From a virus (taxonomy: Duplodnaviria > Caudoviricetes): DNA of 38,068 nt. Both the position numbers and the translations under genes were made by a program. The notes below the pieces were generated by a model. It was not told the DNA's origin. It did no database searches and worked only from the letters and a program-made list of their open reading frames with translations. This document shows positions 1 through 9,637 of this stretch, piece by piece. Each line of letters begins with the position of its first letter. Position 1 is the stretch's first letter. The stretch spans positions 1 through 38,068 of IMG/VR virus record IMGVR_UViG_3300033067_001427; one strand, given 5' to 3'.

Positions 1-409
1 GCGGCATAATACAAGCTACAAAATCTTTTCTAAATCTAATTGGCTCAAATTTAATTGAAGCCCCTTGTGCTCTTGCTATCTGGGATGTGGTGACGTTTCT
101 ACCGCCGCCTGATGCAGAAATCATGATTCTTTGGTCTATGCAAAAACCTACGTGAATGATTCTCTCACGTGAACCGTAGAATGCAAGACTGCCAAGACCG
201 AAATAGTTAAGTGCTCCATTTTTAACAAAATAATCATACAGGTCATGCGCTGATTGATCACCCTTTGGATCAATGCCAGCTTTTTGAAGTAATGCTTGCA
301 CAAATCCGCTGCAATCATAGCCCTCTGGCCCCTCCCCTCCCCATATGTACGGCTTGTTATAGAAGGTAAGTGCGTAGTCGTAAATTTCAGTAAGTGACTT
401 AGCGCTCAT
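1..409 (-). CDS. NlpC/P60 cell-wall hydrolase, allele A (3' end runs off window start)
   Basis: Not in ORF track. ATG at 409 reads MSAKSLTEIYDYALTFYNKPYIWGGEGPEGYDCSGFVQ...HVGF; about 30 nt differences in 409 nt versus 36882..37290. Confidence 0.85.
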   Translation of the reverse strand, partial: MSAKSLTEIYDYALTFYNKPYIWGGEGPEGYDCSGFVQALLQKAGIDPKGDQSAHDLYDYFVKNGALNYFGLGSLAFYGSRERIIHVGFCIDQRIMISASGGGRNVTTSQIARAQGASIKFEPIRFRKDFVACIMP

Positions 410-593
410 TTGTTTTGTCTTCCATTTTCATTCTAAATTCTGGATCTTGCTGCGACATTAAGTAATACGTTGCTGCAAAACTGCTTTCGCCACGCTCTGC
501 CGCCGCTTTTAGCGGTGCTTCGTATGGTGTGCCGACAATTCTTTGCAGTGTGCGTGCGCGATCAATTTGCTGAGACTGTGGGCCTCTATCTTT
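1..593. repeat. Imperfect terminal repeat, copy A (matches 36882..37290 and ~37896..38068)
   Basis: Direct comparison: 1..76 identical to 36882..36957 and 517..593 identical to 37992..38068; diverged in between. Confidence 0.95.
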
Positions 594-2087
594 AGATGAG
601 ATCTCGGGAGCTGATTTGCCGCCAGCCACTTGTTTGAATATTTCTTGTGGAAATTGTCGTGCTGCCTGCAGAGGAACGGCCCGATTTACTGCTGATGCAG
701 CAGCGGGGCTAATGGGCGGGCTATTTTTAGCCACCATACCAGCAAGAGACCCTAGTTTATCCATCGTTACGGCCGCTGAAGATGAAATTCTTGGAGCTAA
801 AGCACGTCGTGCCGCAATTCCTGGTAGAGCCGCAATTGGCCCGCCAACAGCGCTTGATGCGCCAGCCGTTGCTATGTCATTTAGTCCTAATATTGGGTGC
901 TGGTTAAGTTGTGCCGCTCTTTTTTCTGCTGCCTCTTGTATGGGGGCAGCTAAGCCGTAATCTTTTTTAGCGGCAATAAATTTATCAGCGAGATTAGGAT
1001 CGGCTTCCGTGGCCCCGCCCTCAACGGATTTCATTAGTGACCGATACGCTTCTTTTCTAGCTAGTGCCGCGTCTGGATCTTGCCAGTTTACTTTTTTATA
1101 CCCGCGTTTCCATTTTTCTAAGACTGAAAGTGCCTTGTCATCATTTCCAAGCGCATTTGCAACGTCTTCTTTTATTGTTTCTAGTGCCCTTGCTTGAGGT
1201 GCTGTTGATGGATCTGACGACAGCTTTGCAATTCTTGAGTCAAACTCGCTCAATACCTTATCTGGAGACACCTTAACACCTTTAGCATCAAGGCTTGATA
1301 GGACGTCATCCATTACGCCCTCAGATTTAGTCATTAATTGATCAGTTCTATCGGCAATATTTTTAGGCGCATCTAAAAAGCGTACTAGTTTTTTATCTAG
1401 TAGCTCCCTGCCTGCATTTGGGGCAAATTTTTCAGCCTGCACTCTTGTTGCGCCAGTAGCATTTTCTGCTAGATTTTCTGCTTTATCTTTTAATGCATCA
1501 GATAACTTTTGAAATCCAGCTTTTGCTTTGTCGGCACCATAAGATAGTGCCGGAGAGATAACTTTTTCAGCAACAACCGATCCACCGGCACCTATTCCAG
1601 CACCCAATGCCGCATCTTTTGCTAATCCTTGAGTGTCTTCTGCTTTACTACTTCCTGTTGCCATTGTTGCGCCAAGCCCACCGGCCTTTAGTGCATTTAG
1701 CGCTGTGGCGCCTTTTGTAGCCCCTAGCCCAGGGACAGCAAGTGTCGCAAGACTTCCGGTTAAGTTTCCGCCGAGAAATGATTTTGGATTTGCTTTTTGA
1801 GCTGATTCATCAAGCAAGCGAGACGCATCTCTTTCTTTTAAGTATTCTTCTATGTCTTTGTCGCTGCCCGCATCATACCCAAAATAAGCTGCTGCTTTTT
1901 TTGCCGCTCCAGATGGGCTCTTAATCGCGCCTGCTAACTCATCTCGAAAACCAAGTGTAGCGCCCTGTGCGGCTCCGCGACCAAATGATTCTAATTCGCT
2001 TGGTGCAATTTCCGCTTTGCTAGAGGACAGAGCCTTAGCTTTTTCTAATTCTAGGAGCTCTAATTCTTCTGATTCACTTAGCGCCAT
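399..2087 (-). CDS. Putative DNA ejection / internal virion protein
   Basis: 562 aa Ala/Gly-rich; ESFGRGAAQGATLGFRDEL motif typical of podovirus injection proteins; last of the ejection-gene trio. Confidence 0.6.
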   Translation of the reverse strand: MALSESEELELLELEKAKALSSSKAEIAPSELESFGRGAAQGATLGFRDELAGAIKSPSGAAKKAAAYFGYDAGSDKDIEEYLKERDASRLLDESAQKANPKSFLGGNLTGSLATLAVPGLGATKGATALNALKAGGLGATMATGSSKAEDTQGLAKDAALGAGIGAGGSVVAEKVISPALSYGADKAKAGFQKLSDALKDKAENLAENATGATRVQAEKFAPNAGRELLDKKLVRFLDAPKNIADRTDQLMTKSEGVMDDVLSSLDAKGVKVSPDKVLSEFDSRIAKLSSDPSTAPQARALETIKEDVANALGNDDKALSVLEKWKRGYKKVNWQDPDAALARKEAYRSLMKSVEGGATEADPNLADKFIAAKKDYGLAAPIQEAAEKRAAQLNQHPILGLNDIATAGASSAVGGPIAALPGIAARRALAPRISSSAAVTMDKLGSLAGMVAKNSPPISPAAASAVNRAVPLQAARQFPQEIFKQVAGGKSAPEISSKDRGPQSQQIDRARTLQRIVGTPYEAPLKAAAERGESSFAATYYLMSQQDPEFRMKMEDKTNER

Positions 2088-2088
2088 G

Positions 2089-3087
2089 TTATTTACCTAG
2101 TTTTTGTTTTAATTCCTGCAATCTTTTTTCTTTTGTATCATCCCAAGTAGCACTTGGCGCAGATTGAGTGGGCGTGGTTGGTTGAGCATAATTATTGCCT
2201 TTGTATCCTCGCATACTGCCGTTTTCTTCAAAGTATTTCATCGAGTCATCTTTAGCTTTTGCCATTTGCTCGAGTTTAGTTTTGAGGGCTTTAAGCTTGA
2301 TTACGTTTTCTTGTGTCGGCAGGTTTGGATCATATGCAGTGCCCAAAACTTTTTTGCCTTCGTTTTCTGTGAATTGCGCACCCAAGGTTTGCCTTAAAGA
2401 GGACATAACAGCATCAGTGATTTTTTGTTGTGCCGCTAGACCAGAAGAGTCTAGCTTAGCTCTAGCCCAGTCTGGCGCCATACCAGTAATTCCACCAGTC
2501 GTTACTTTTCCTGTTTCTAAATCATTTATCACGCTATCAATATTAGAAAGATGTGTGCCAGCAGATGCAGATCCGCCTTGAGCAACATATTGTGCGTATT
2601 CTTTTCCTGTTGCTTCAGACAGTGCTTTTTCCCCTGGGGTTTCTTTATTCGATACCTTATTTGCGTTGTTCTGAGCTGCTGCCGTTGTATATTTATCGTA
2701 AGAAGCAGCACGCTGAGCTGCTATTTCTTCCATTTTTGAGTCGTGAGCCGCTTTTCTTGCGTTTTCTTTTTCGGACACCGACACCTTTTTTTGTTCTAGG
2801 GCATCCCTATCTGCTTCTTTTCCGAATTTATATTTATTCATCAAGTAGTCATTTACAAGCGAGCGATCTGTTTTCTTGTCCGCTACCTTCTGTACGTTTT
2901 GCTTGTCGAGCGTGTCGTAGAAATCATCTTTTAGATCGACGCCACTTAATCCAGATCCAATAGTATTAAATGCACGGCCAAGATTTGAGCCAAATTGATT
3001 ATCAGCAGTTTCGCGTCTTGAATCAACGGCGGCTGCTTGATCCTGCTCTAGCTTTTTTCTTAAGTATTCATCAAGTGTTGCGTCCAT
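2089..3087 (-). CDS. Putative DNA ejection protein (P22 gp20-like position)
   Basis: 332 aa helical; LRQTLGAQFTENEG...YDPNL segment; synteny. Confidence 0.55.
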   Translation of the reverse strand: MDATLDEYLRKKLEQDQAAAVDSRRETADNQFGSNLGRAFNTIGSGLSGVDLKDDFYDTLDKQNVQKVADKKTDRSLVNDYLMNKYKFGKEADRDALEQKKVSVSEKENARKAAHDSKMEEIAAQRAASYDKYTTAAAQNNANKVSNKETPGEKALSEATGKEYAQYVAQGGSASAGTHLSNIDSVINDLETGKVTTGGITGMAPDWARAKLDSSGLAAQQKITDAVMSSLRQTLGAQFTENEGKKVLGTAYDPNLPTQENVIKLKALKTKLEQMAKAKDDSMKYFEENGSMRGYKGNNYAQPTTPTQSAPSATWDDTKEKRLQELKQKLGK

Positions 3088-3090
3088 AGA

Positions 3091-4095
3091 TTATCCTTCG
3101 TAAGTTAATTTCTTTTTCTCAGCGTCGTCATCTGCCTGTGATTTTTGTCCATATGCAGTAATAACTTGACCTACGCCCTGACCTGCTTTTGCCCACGTAT
3201 TTGCAGCAGCATTACCTGCGGCAAGAGCGTTAGACGCCTGACCAGCTCGTGCATTTGCTTTTGCCTGGTTAACATTCAAGTTATTTTGGAATTGCTGTTG
3301 AAATAGACCCTTATTGTATCTCTGGTCATTATTTGCAGTCTCAGTATTTGCATCCATGATGCGCTGATTGTTTGTCAGGTTGTATTGTTGAGCTGTGTTG
3401 CCACGATCAACATTTGCGCCCCTGACACTTTGTGAATTTTGTGCGTTCCATTTTGCGATAGCATCTTTTGCGGCCGCTGCTTTTTCTTGCTCGCCGTAAT
3501 CTTGCGTTCTTAAGCTGCCAGCCATAGAGCCTCTTTGCATGATTGCATCAAGTGCGCGTTTTTGTGCTTCAGACGCTACACTTAGCCCTGAGCTATGCGC
3601 TCTATCTGCTGCTGACTGTTGATTCATTAGTTGTGCGACTAATTCACTTCCAGAGCCGACCTGACCTTTTGATCTAGCATCAGCTAAAATTGCTTCTCTG
3701 TGTCCTCTTTCATCGGCGTTAATATCGCCTATGGTTTTTTCTAAGCCCGCCTTATCGCTCAAATTGTATCCGCCGCTGTCAGAAATTCCCTGCAATTCAT
3801 CAAGAGCTTTTAATTGTGCTTCTTTATATCTAGGGTCGGTTGAGATACCGCCGTAATTAGAGTCGCCAAGCTTAACTGCCTCTTCTAATTCTGGCGTCAT
3901 CATGCCTGCAGATCTGTATTTCTCAGATACTATCTGTTGTGCTTCAATGCTTGGTACTCCTATGGCTTCTAAATCTGAAACCGATTTTTCATAAGCTGCT
4001 TTTGCTTGTTCGCGTGCGTTTGCTTGTTCTTTAGCTGCAATTGCACTACCTGCTATACTAGAGCCGCCAGCGGCTAATGCTGCAATCCATGGCAT
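3091..4095 (-). CDS. Putative DNA transfer/pilot protein (P22 gp7-like position)
   Basis: MPWIAALAAGGSSIAGSAIAA Gly/Ala N-terminus, Q/N/A-rich body; follows GNAT-like gene. Confidence 0.6.
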   Translation of the reverse strand: MPWIAALAAGGSSIAGSAIAAKEQANAREQAKAAYEKSVSDLEAIGVPSIEAQQIVSEKYRSAGMMTPELEEAVKLGDSNYGGISTDPRYKEAQLKALDELQGISDSGGYNLSDKAGLEKTIGDINADERGHREAILADARSKGQVGSGSELVAQLMNQQSAADRAHSSGLSVASEAQKRALDAIMQRGSMAGSLRTQDYGEQEKAAAAKDAIAKWNAQNSQSVRGANVDRGNTAQQYNLTNNQRIMDANTETANNDQRYNKGLFQQQFQNNLNVNQAKANARAGQASNALAAGNAAANTWAKAGQGVGQVITAYGQKSQADDDAEKKKLTYEG

Positions 4096-4098
4096 AAA

Positions 4099-4479
4099 CT
4101 ATCCCCCTATAAATTTGTAAAACAATGAGTAGTCATTGTGTTTTCGAAATCCGCTCCAAGCGAATCTCTTTTTCATTGTCGGGATGTTTGCTAAAACAGA
4201 AATCATTTCGTAGCCGTTTTCTTTTGCGGCCGTTTCGAGTGTCTTTATCAAAACATTAATGGACTTATCTCTTTGCTGCTCTGTCTTTTCTGGGTTGGCA
4301 GCAATGTTATCAATATACGCCTGTTTTGAATTTGTGAAAAATATAAAACCTATTGCTGTATTGTCTACGCAGTACCCGTGATCAGAAAACATTTTCTTTT
4401 CAGGAATTGGCACGGCTCGCGCCGATAGCCATTCTTTTAGCATGTCGTAATGCATAGCGTGTGAGTACGGTAAAATCAT
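4099..4479 (-). CDS. GNAT-fold acetyltransferase-like virion assembly protein
   Basis: 126 aa; AYIDNIAANPE...LIKTLETAAKENGYEMI...GF pattern; usual position before ejection genes. Confidence 0.55.
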   Translation of the reverse strand: MILPYSHAMHYDMLKEWLSARAVPIPEKKMFSDHGYCVDNTAIGFIFFTNSKQAYIDNIAANPEKTEQQRDKSINVLIKTLETAAKENGYEMISVLANIPTMKKRFAWSGFRKHNDYSLFYKFIGG

Positions 4480-5933
4480 CTACCGCCCTCAAATCTGCCC
4501 CTACCCCAAACACCGCCAGGAGAATCATTAACCGACAGCAATTTATTTAAGGTGTCATAGAATCCAGCGTTCTTTTTCTCTTGTTCATACTGAGAGTCTA
4601 AATCTCTAACTCTGTTGTTTAATATATCTCTAATTTCTTGTGGGAATACATCGTCCCTGCCTTCAAAAAGTTTAGGTAGCTCGTTCTGATATGTGGCTTC
4701 TATTTGTTTTTGCAGCTCGTTCTTTCTTGAGTCAAAATCTGCTTTTCTTATATCTAGTTCCCCGCGCTTACCATTTATGTAAGAATCAAGTCCTCCAGAA
4801 TTAAATGTGTTTGTTAGATCGTAGTTTCCAGCCAGATCAGCATTTGGCAAATACGTATTATCAACACCGGCAAGCTGAGTAAGGGCATCTAGCCTTGCTT
4901 GCTCTTCTTTTGTGGCCGCCCTGTTGTAATCTATATTATTTGCTTGTGATAAATACTGCGATAAATCGGCGTTAAACAACCCCCTGTCTTGAGCAATGCC
5001 GTATTTGCTGCCGGTAGCAACATCTCTGCTTCTAAGTCCAGCAAGAGCCTTATTGTAATCATCACTCTTTTGGGCGTTTAAGCTTTCAGCCCTGCTTTTA
5101 GCGGTATTTAATATCCCCATTATTGGGCTGCTTGCTGTGATTGAATTGTCCTCGCCCAGCCCCAGAGCTCCGCGCGCCGTCTGTCTTGCTTGCGCTGTCT
5201 CTTGTGCTTTTTGAGTACCGTATTGATTTAGTGAATTTGTTAGATTTGAAAAGTTGTTAGTGAGTGCATCAGCCTTGTCTTGGGCCGCCTTAAAATATTC
5301 TCTTGAATTTGGATCAACTTGCACAAGATAGTTATCTAGTTTCTTTTGTCCTGAAGTGTAGTCGTATTTACCAGCACCGCTCCCGTAGTAGCTATCCAAT
5401 AGTGTCTTTCTGCCCGATTCATCGTTTGCAAGCTTTGCTGCTTGATTTGCTTTTTCAGTTGATTGATTTGTCTGTGAATATAAATCATTAGCATCAGAAA
5501 AATTCTTAGGCCCGCCGTAGTTAGCGTCCCTCATTTTCACAAATTCAGATTTGGCAGCGGCATCTTTTGCAAGGCTTACAGGATCAGAATTTAACCGAGA
5601 GATAATTCCTTCGTTTAATCCGACAGCGCTACTGTCAGCGCGTTGCTTGAACTGATTCTCTGCATTTGACTGCACACCACTTGCTTGATCAGCCTCCCCC
5701 TCAACTTGTCCGGCTAATTGCTTTCCAAATTTAGAAGACTCGTTTGCATCAAGATAACTTTGTAAATTGGTAAAAGAGCCTGACTTTGTGCCTTGTCCTG
5801 GTTGATTTGGCTCAGGTGCGCCTTGTACGATAGCGCTTTCTTGGCCGCCTTGTGGTGCTTGAGACAAGACTCCAGCGTCTTGTTTTTTCTTTTCCTCGTC
5901 GTCTAATAATCCACTAAAATAGTCCGTTGCCAT
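4476..5933 (-). CDS. Putative internal virion protein
   Basis: 485 aa helical, A/Q/N-rich, within structural operon. Confidence 0.4.
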   Translation of the reverse strand: MATDYFSGLLDDEEKKKQDAGVLSQAPQGGQESAIVQGAPEPNQPGQGTKSGSFTNLQSYLDANESSKFGKQLAGQVEGEADQASGVQSNAENQFKQRADSSAVGLNEGIISRLNSDPVSLAKDAAAKSEFVKMRDANYGGPKNFSDANDLYSQTNQSTEKANQAAKLANDESGRKTLLDSYYGSGAGKYDYTSGQKKLDNYLVQVDPNSREYFKAAQDKADALTNNFSNLTNSLNQYGTQKAQETAQARQTARGALGLGEDNSITASSPIMGILNTAKSRAESLNAQKSDDYNKALAGLRSRDVATGSKYGIAQDRGLFNADLSQYLSQANNIDYNRAATKEEQARLDALTQLAGVDNTYLPNADLAGNYDLTNTFNSGGLDSYINGKRGELDIRKADFDSRKNELQKQIEATYQNELPKLFEGRDDVFPQEIRDILNNRVRDLDSQYEQEKKNAGFYDTLNKLLSVNDSPGGVWGRGRFEGGR

Positions 5934-5943
5934 GATTTTTCCC

Positions 5944-6375
5944 TTATGGTGTTACACGCACTCTAATTTTGTATCTATATCCGACTGTCAGTGTCGCAAT
6001 ACCAGCCGTCGATGCTCGAGCCATGCTCGTAATAGACACAGTCCCATCGTCTGCAAATTCCCATGCGGCCAAAACAACAACAGGCGTTCTTGAAAGCAGG
6101 CTTGTTTCTTCGCTTGCCTCTACCACGTAAAGTGCTCGCGGTTTATCTGCCAGTTTCCACTTAATTTTTTTTGGAAAGCTTGCCGTTGCTGATGAATAAA
6201 CAAAATCAAAAACTTGCTCTTGGCCTGTGATGTTGTCAGAAAAAGTAAGCCCGCCATTTAAAGACAAAAAGACATTTGTAATAAACCGATTTATCACAGA
6301 GAACATGGGCGCAATCCAAGCCTTTTGCTCTGGAAAGTCCTCGACGATTAATCTTTCTGTTGCTGGTATTTTCAT
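5944..6375 (-). CDS. Putative tail-associated structural protein
   Basis: 143 aa beta-rich ORF downstream of tail tube gene; ATGA coupling. Confidence 0.4.
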   Translation of the reverse strand: MKIPATERLIVEDFPEQKAWIAPMFSVINRFITNVFLSLNGGLTFSDNITGQEQVFDFVYSSATASFPKKIKWKLADKPRALYVVEASEETSLLSRTPVVVLAAWEFADDGTVSITSMARASTAGIATLTVGYRYKIRVRVTP

Positions 6376-6902
6376 GTTGCGACTCTTTTAAAGGTAAGCC
6401 CACCAGCCGATTTAATTTTTCCAGACAAAACATGGCAAATATTCGGCCTTGCTATACCTAATTGCCTAGAGGCTTCCGCAATAGAAACGAAAATTCTACC
6501 ACGGCTATCTACTATAGGTTTCGACAGCTTTATATTGGGGACACCAATCCTAGTTTCAGACATTTTTTTAATTGTTTCTTTATCTCTTTTCTTGCCGAGC
6601 CAGTAATTGGATCTGCCGCCTACAACAATATTACATCCGCTTGGGAACTGTGTGTTGAGCGACATAGTCGTCATGTCTTCTATAAGAAGCGCACTCTCTT
6701 TTGAAAATGCGGTGCAAAATTTTTCAAACTTTATAACACCTTCGCGCATAAGCTTGTGCAACGGTAATTGACTATTATTTCTAAATGCGTCGCCCCTGTG
6801 ATTACACATTCTGTCCAAAAATCTCTTGGTGCTTCCGACATAAACGGCCTTATCGGTTCTAGTATCTTTAGCTATATAAATTGTGTACGTGTTTTTCATC
6901 AT
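6372..6902 (-). CDS. GIY-YIG homing endonuclease with NUMOD3/NUMOD1-type DNA-binding tail
   Basis: TIY...VYVGST...R..E..N motifs; WLGKKRDKETIKKMSE; SKPIVDSRGRIFVSIAEASRQLGI. Confidence 0.85.
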   Translation of the reverse strand: MMKNTYTIYIAKDTRTDKAVYVGSTKRFLDRMCNHRGDAFRNNSQLPLHKLMREGVIKFEKFCTAFSKESALLIEDMTTMSLNTQFPSGCNIVVGGRSNYWLGKKRDKETIKKMSETRIGVPNIKLSKPIVDSRGRIFVSIAEASRQLGIARPNICHVLSGKIKSAGGLTFKRVAT

Positions 6903-9637
6903 GTTCCAATATCATAAGAATCAGTGAAAATAACCGGCAAAGAGAAGCCATCCAACTTAAAATAACCGTATCCCTGACGATGATTAAAACGCACCCGCAA
7001 GTAACTCCCTCTCTGCTTTTCCATTGGGATAAGTGCACGAATTGCAGTTGAACGAATTACCCCCCCCCAAGGTGAATCCCCCCACCCGAATAAACCCCAA
7101 AGGCCAGCGCGACTCCCTGCAATTGAAACGCTTTCATAATAAGCAGAGTTGTCAGAGGCAAAAGAGAGTGTCGCATTATTAAATCTTGCCGCCTTAAATA
7201 GCATTGCGATCTCTGGAAACTGTTTTGCAAGACCTGGATTACTTCCTGTGACGGCTGCGTATTCAATCTCGCAATTAATTGCTTTATAAACCGTGCAGGC
7301 GCCAACGTCCCAAGTGATATTATCCTCAACCGTAACAAAAGCTGCATCGACAGAGATAATTAAGCTTTGAACGCTTGCCGATTGATATAATAAGTCGCCA
7401 GCCTCTACTTCTGATGTCGTGTCTAAATAAACGCTGTAGGTGCTAGACGATACGATGTTGTTCGTTATCCCGTAATCAACGTAGTCTGTGTAGTTTCTGT
7501 TTTTTCTTTCTTGATCAGTGTAGTAACTTGCGCCATCTGCTAAGTACAATTTATCGTCTGTCGGATTAACAATCGCTGTACGTTTTGCGAGCGTCCATTT
7601 CGTGTACCCTTGAGTGAACACGTTAAATACAAAAGCTTGAGTGCCGTAGGTATCTGCTGAAGTCGAGACAGTCCAAAGTATATACTTTCTGTCTGATTCA
7701 TACCCTACGCCAAAGGAGTAGTATTTTACGGCAGTCAAGGCGGTACCAAATTGGTCAAGTAACAAATCCTCAATGGGCCTACTAATAACACTGACGCCAG
7801 TTTCCGTTATTACCGTGATGCCTTGATCACACAAACACCATATTTGGTTATTAACGACGGCTAGTGAATCAGGCGCCAAAAGCTTTGCGGACGAATCCAT
7901 TAGCTCTACAGCAAATGTATTTGGATCTGTTCCCGTCATTCTGTAAATCCCCTCTTTACCCTTAAAGATAAAAAGAGTGTTACGAAGTTTTGCGAGTCCT
8001 AAAATTGGAGTGTTCGCACTTCCAACACGTCTAAAGTTTGCGAGTGGTACGCTTTCCCCTTTGCCAGGCTTTGCGATCATAATCTGATTTTGAAAGTCAT
8101 CATTCGTACTTGATACGGTTGTGCCAGATGTTGGAAATGTCGGATTGTATGCAGTCGAGTGAGCGCTTGCTGTAAAAGCAAAGCTATTTCCGCCAAGACC
8201 CCGCTCTTCAATTAATATTTGACCAGGCAAATCTGTTTCAGCACTTAAGTAGTAGGCATAAACCAAAGTATTAGAAGCGTAACGATTAATGACTCTGATT
8301 AGTGAGTTTGCCGTATCTGCAATAGCTTGTGCTGGCGTAATAGTTGTCGCATTAAATGCGGCAATATTTGGTGTGATAGTAAGTGTAACGCCCGCTGTGC
8401 TTCCAGTGCAGTTTGCCGCGGTAGTTCCATCTGAAGTTACTAGCGTAATTGTGGTTGACGTGAATGATCCGATATAAGTAGCAGCGGGGATATTAGTGCC
8501 TGTTATTTTCCAACCTATTTTGCATCCCGCCGTGCTAACGACATTTGTAAGTACATTATTTGCGTTTGTAGTATCGCCCGTTGTAGTTGTGGCGGTAGCA
8601 GAGGGAGCGCTAAAATAACCACTTGCGATTGTCTCTGTCCCTTTTGCCGTGTAGGTGACGCCCGCAATTGTGACGGTGTCGTTAATTGCAATCCCCGCAC
8701 TTCCGCCAACGGCTAGGATTGTAAAAATCTTTCTGTGCTTAGATTTGCAATTGCCGTAAATTACACAGTTTTGAAATTCTTCTATGTAGTCAGCTTGTGG
8801 TGGGCGCTCGTTACTTTGGGAAATCCCCTCTTGAGATGGGGACGTGTAAAGTGTTTGTCCACGTAAATCGTCTGTAGTTCTGTCGATAAATGTAAGATAG
8901 CCAGTTACTAGCTCGCCGGCAGTCGGGTTATTTTCATACACAAGACCCAATTCATCATCGGGTGACACATCAACAGCGCCCGAGGCTTTGGATCTATAAA
9001 CTTGAAAGAAGTGAGATGTCGTAATGCCAGAGGGGATTGTTATTGTAAGGCTTATGTCCCGATTGCCGCCTGAAGAATTGATAGCAACAGCGCGGCCAGA
9101 AGGAGCGCCAGTAACAATATTATTCTGCGCATCTTTTATACCCCAAATCACTCTATAACCAGTTTGATTTGCAGTAGCTAAAAACCCACTAGAACCACTT
9201 AAAGATACTTCAATGTCTAGCCCTTTGGGGATGCCCGCTAAAACGGGTGTGGCGTTGTAAGCATCCATTTTGTAAATGCCAGCAGAAGTTGTAAAATACA
9301 GGTTGTTGTTCGCGGTTAGAAATCTAAGTCGTGCTAAATACTCACTTGGATGCGAGTACGTACCAGATAATGCAACAAATGCGCTACCGTTTAAATACCC
9401 GACAGTATCCCCATTCCATGCGGCAAGCATTGTGTCTTGATAGACAGCAAATCTAGAAATCCTGTCGTTTGCACTTGGTAGTGTGTAGGCTCTGTCAAAG
9501 CCACGGCGAGACTCTGCTACTTGATCAACATCAATGACGACATTGTTTGCAGTAATGAGCGCACCTTCTGGTACTGCTGAAAACTCATTAGGACTAGTAA
9601 AAAGCCCTTTATGTTTAAGCTGTAAAAGCTGCGCCAT
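6899..9637 (-). CDS. Tail tubular/nozzle (DNA stabilization) protein
   Basis: 912 aa beta-rich; N-terminal GL...P......ANNV......RRGF signature; follows adaptor gene. Confidence 0.7.
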   Translation of the reverse strand: MAQLLQLKHKGLFTSPNEFSAVPEGALITANNVVIDVDQVAESRRGFDRAYTLPSANDRISRFAVYQDTMLAAWNGDTVGYLNGSAFVALSGTYSHPSEYLARLRFLTANNNLYFTTSAGIYKMDAYNATPVLAGIPKGLDIEVSLSGSSGFLATANQTGYRVIWGIKDAQNNIVTGAPSGRAVAINSSGGNRDISLTITIPSGITTSHFFQVYRSKASGAVDVSPDDELGLVYENNPTAGELVTGYLTFIDRTTDDLRGQTLYTSPSQEGISQSNERPPQADYIEEFQNCVIYGNCKSKHRKIFTILAVGGSAGIAINDTVTIAGVTYTAKGTETIASGYFSAPSATATTTTGDTTNANNVLTNVVSTAGCKIGWKITGTNIPAATYIGSFTSTTITLVTSDGTTAANCTGSTAGVTLTITPNIAAFNATTITPAQAIADTANSLIRVINRYASNTLVYAYYLSAETDLPGQILIEERGLGGNSFAFTASAHSTAYNPTFPTSGTTVSSTNDDFQNQIMIAKPGKGESVPLANFRRVGSANTPILGLAKLRNTLFIFKGKEGIYRMTGTDPNTFAVELMDSSAKLLAPDSLAVVNNQIWCLCDQGITVITETGVSVISRPIEDLLLDQFGTALTAVKYYSFGVGYESDRKYILWTVSTSADTYGTQAFVFNVFTQGYTKWTLAKRTAIVNPTDDKLYLADGASYYTDQERKNRNYTDYVDYGITNNIVSSSTYSVYLDTTSEVEAGDLLYQSASVQSLIISVDAAFVTVEDNITWDVGACTVYKAINCEIEYAAVTGSNPGLAKQFPEIAMLFKAARFNNATLSFASDNSAYYESVSIAGSRAGLWGLFGWGDSPWGGVIRSTAIRALIPMEKQRGSYLRVRFNHRQGYGYFKLDGFSLPVIFTDSYDIGT

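Noticed and set aside
1-593. True direct terminal repeats of the virion DNA
   Set aside because: Copies are ~7% diverged with a gene indel and have k-mer-sized exact anchors, as expected for an assembly bubble
4476-5933. Shared N-terminal YF(S/A) motif in the 485-aa protein, portal and GNAT as a packaging signal
   Set aside because: Too short and too few examples to support
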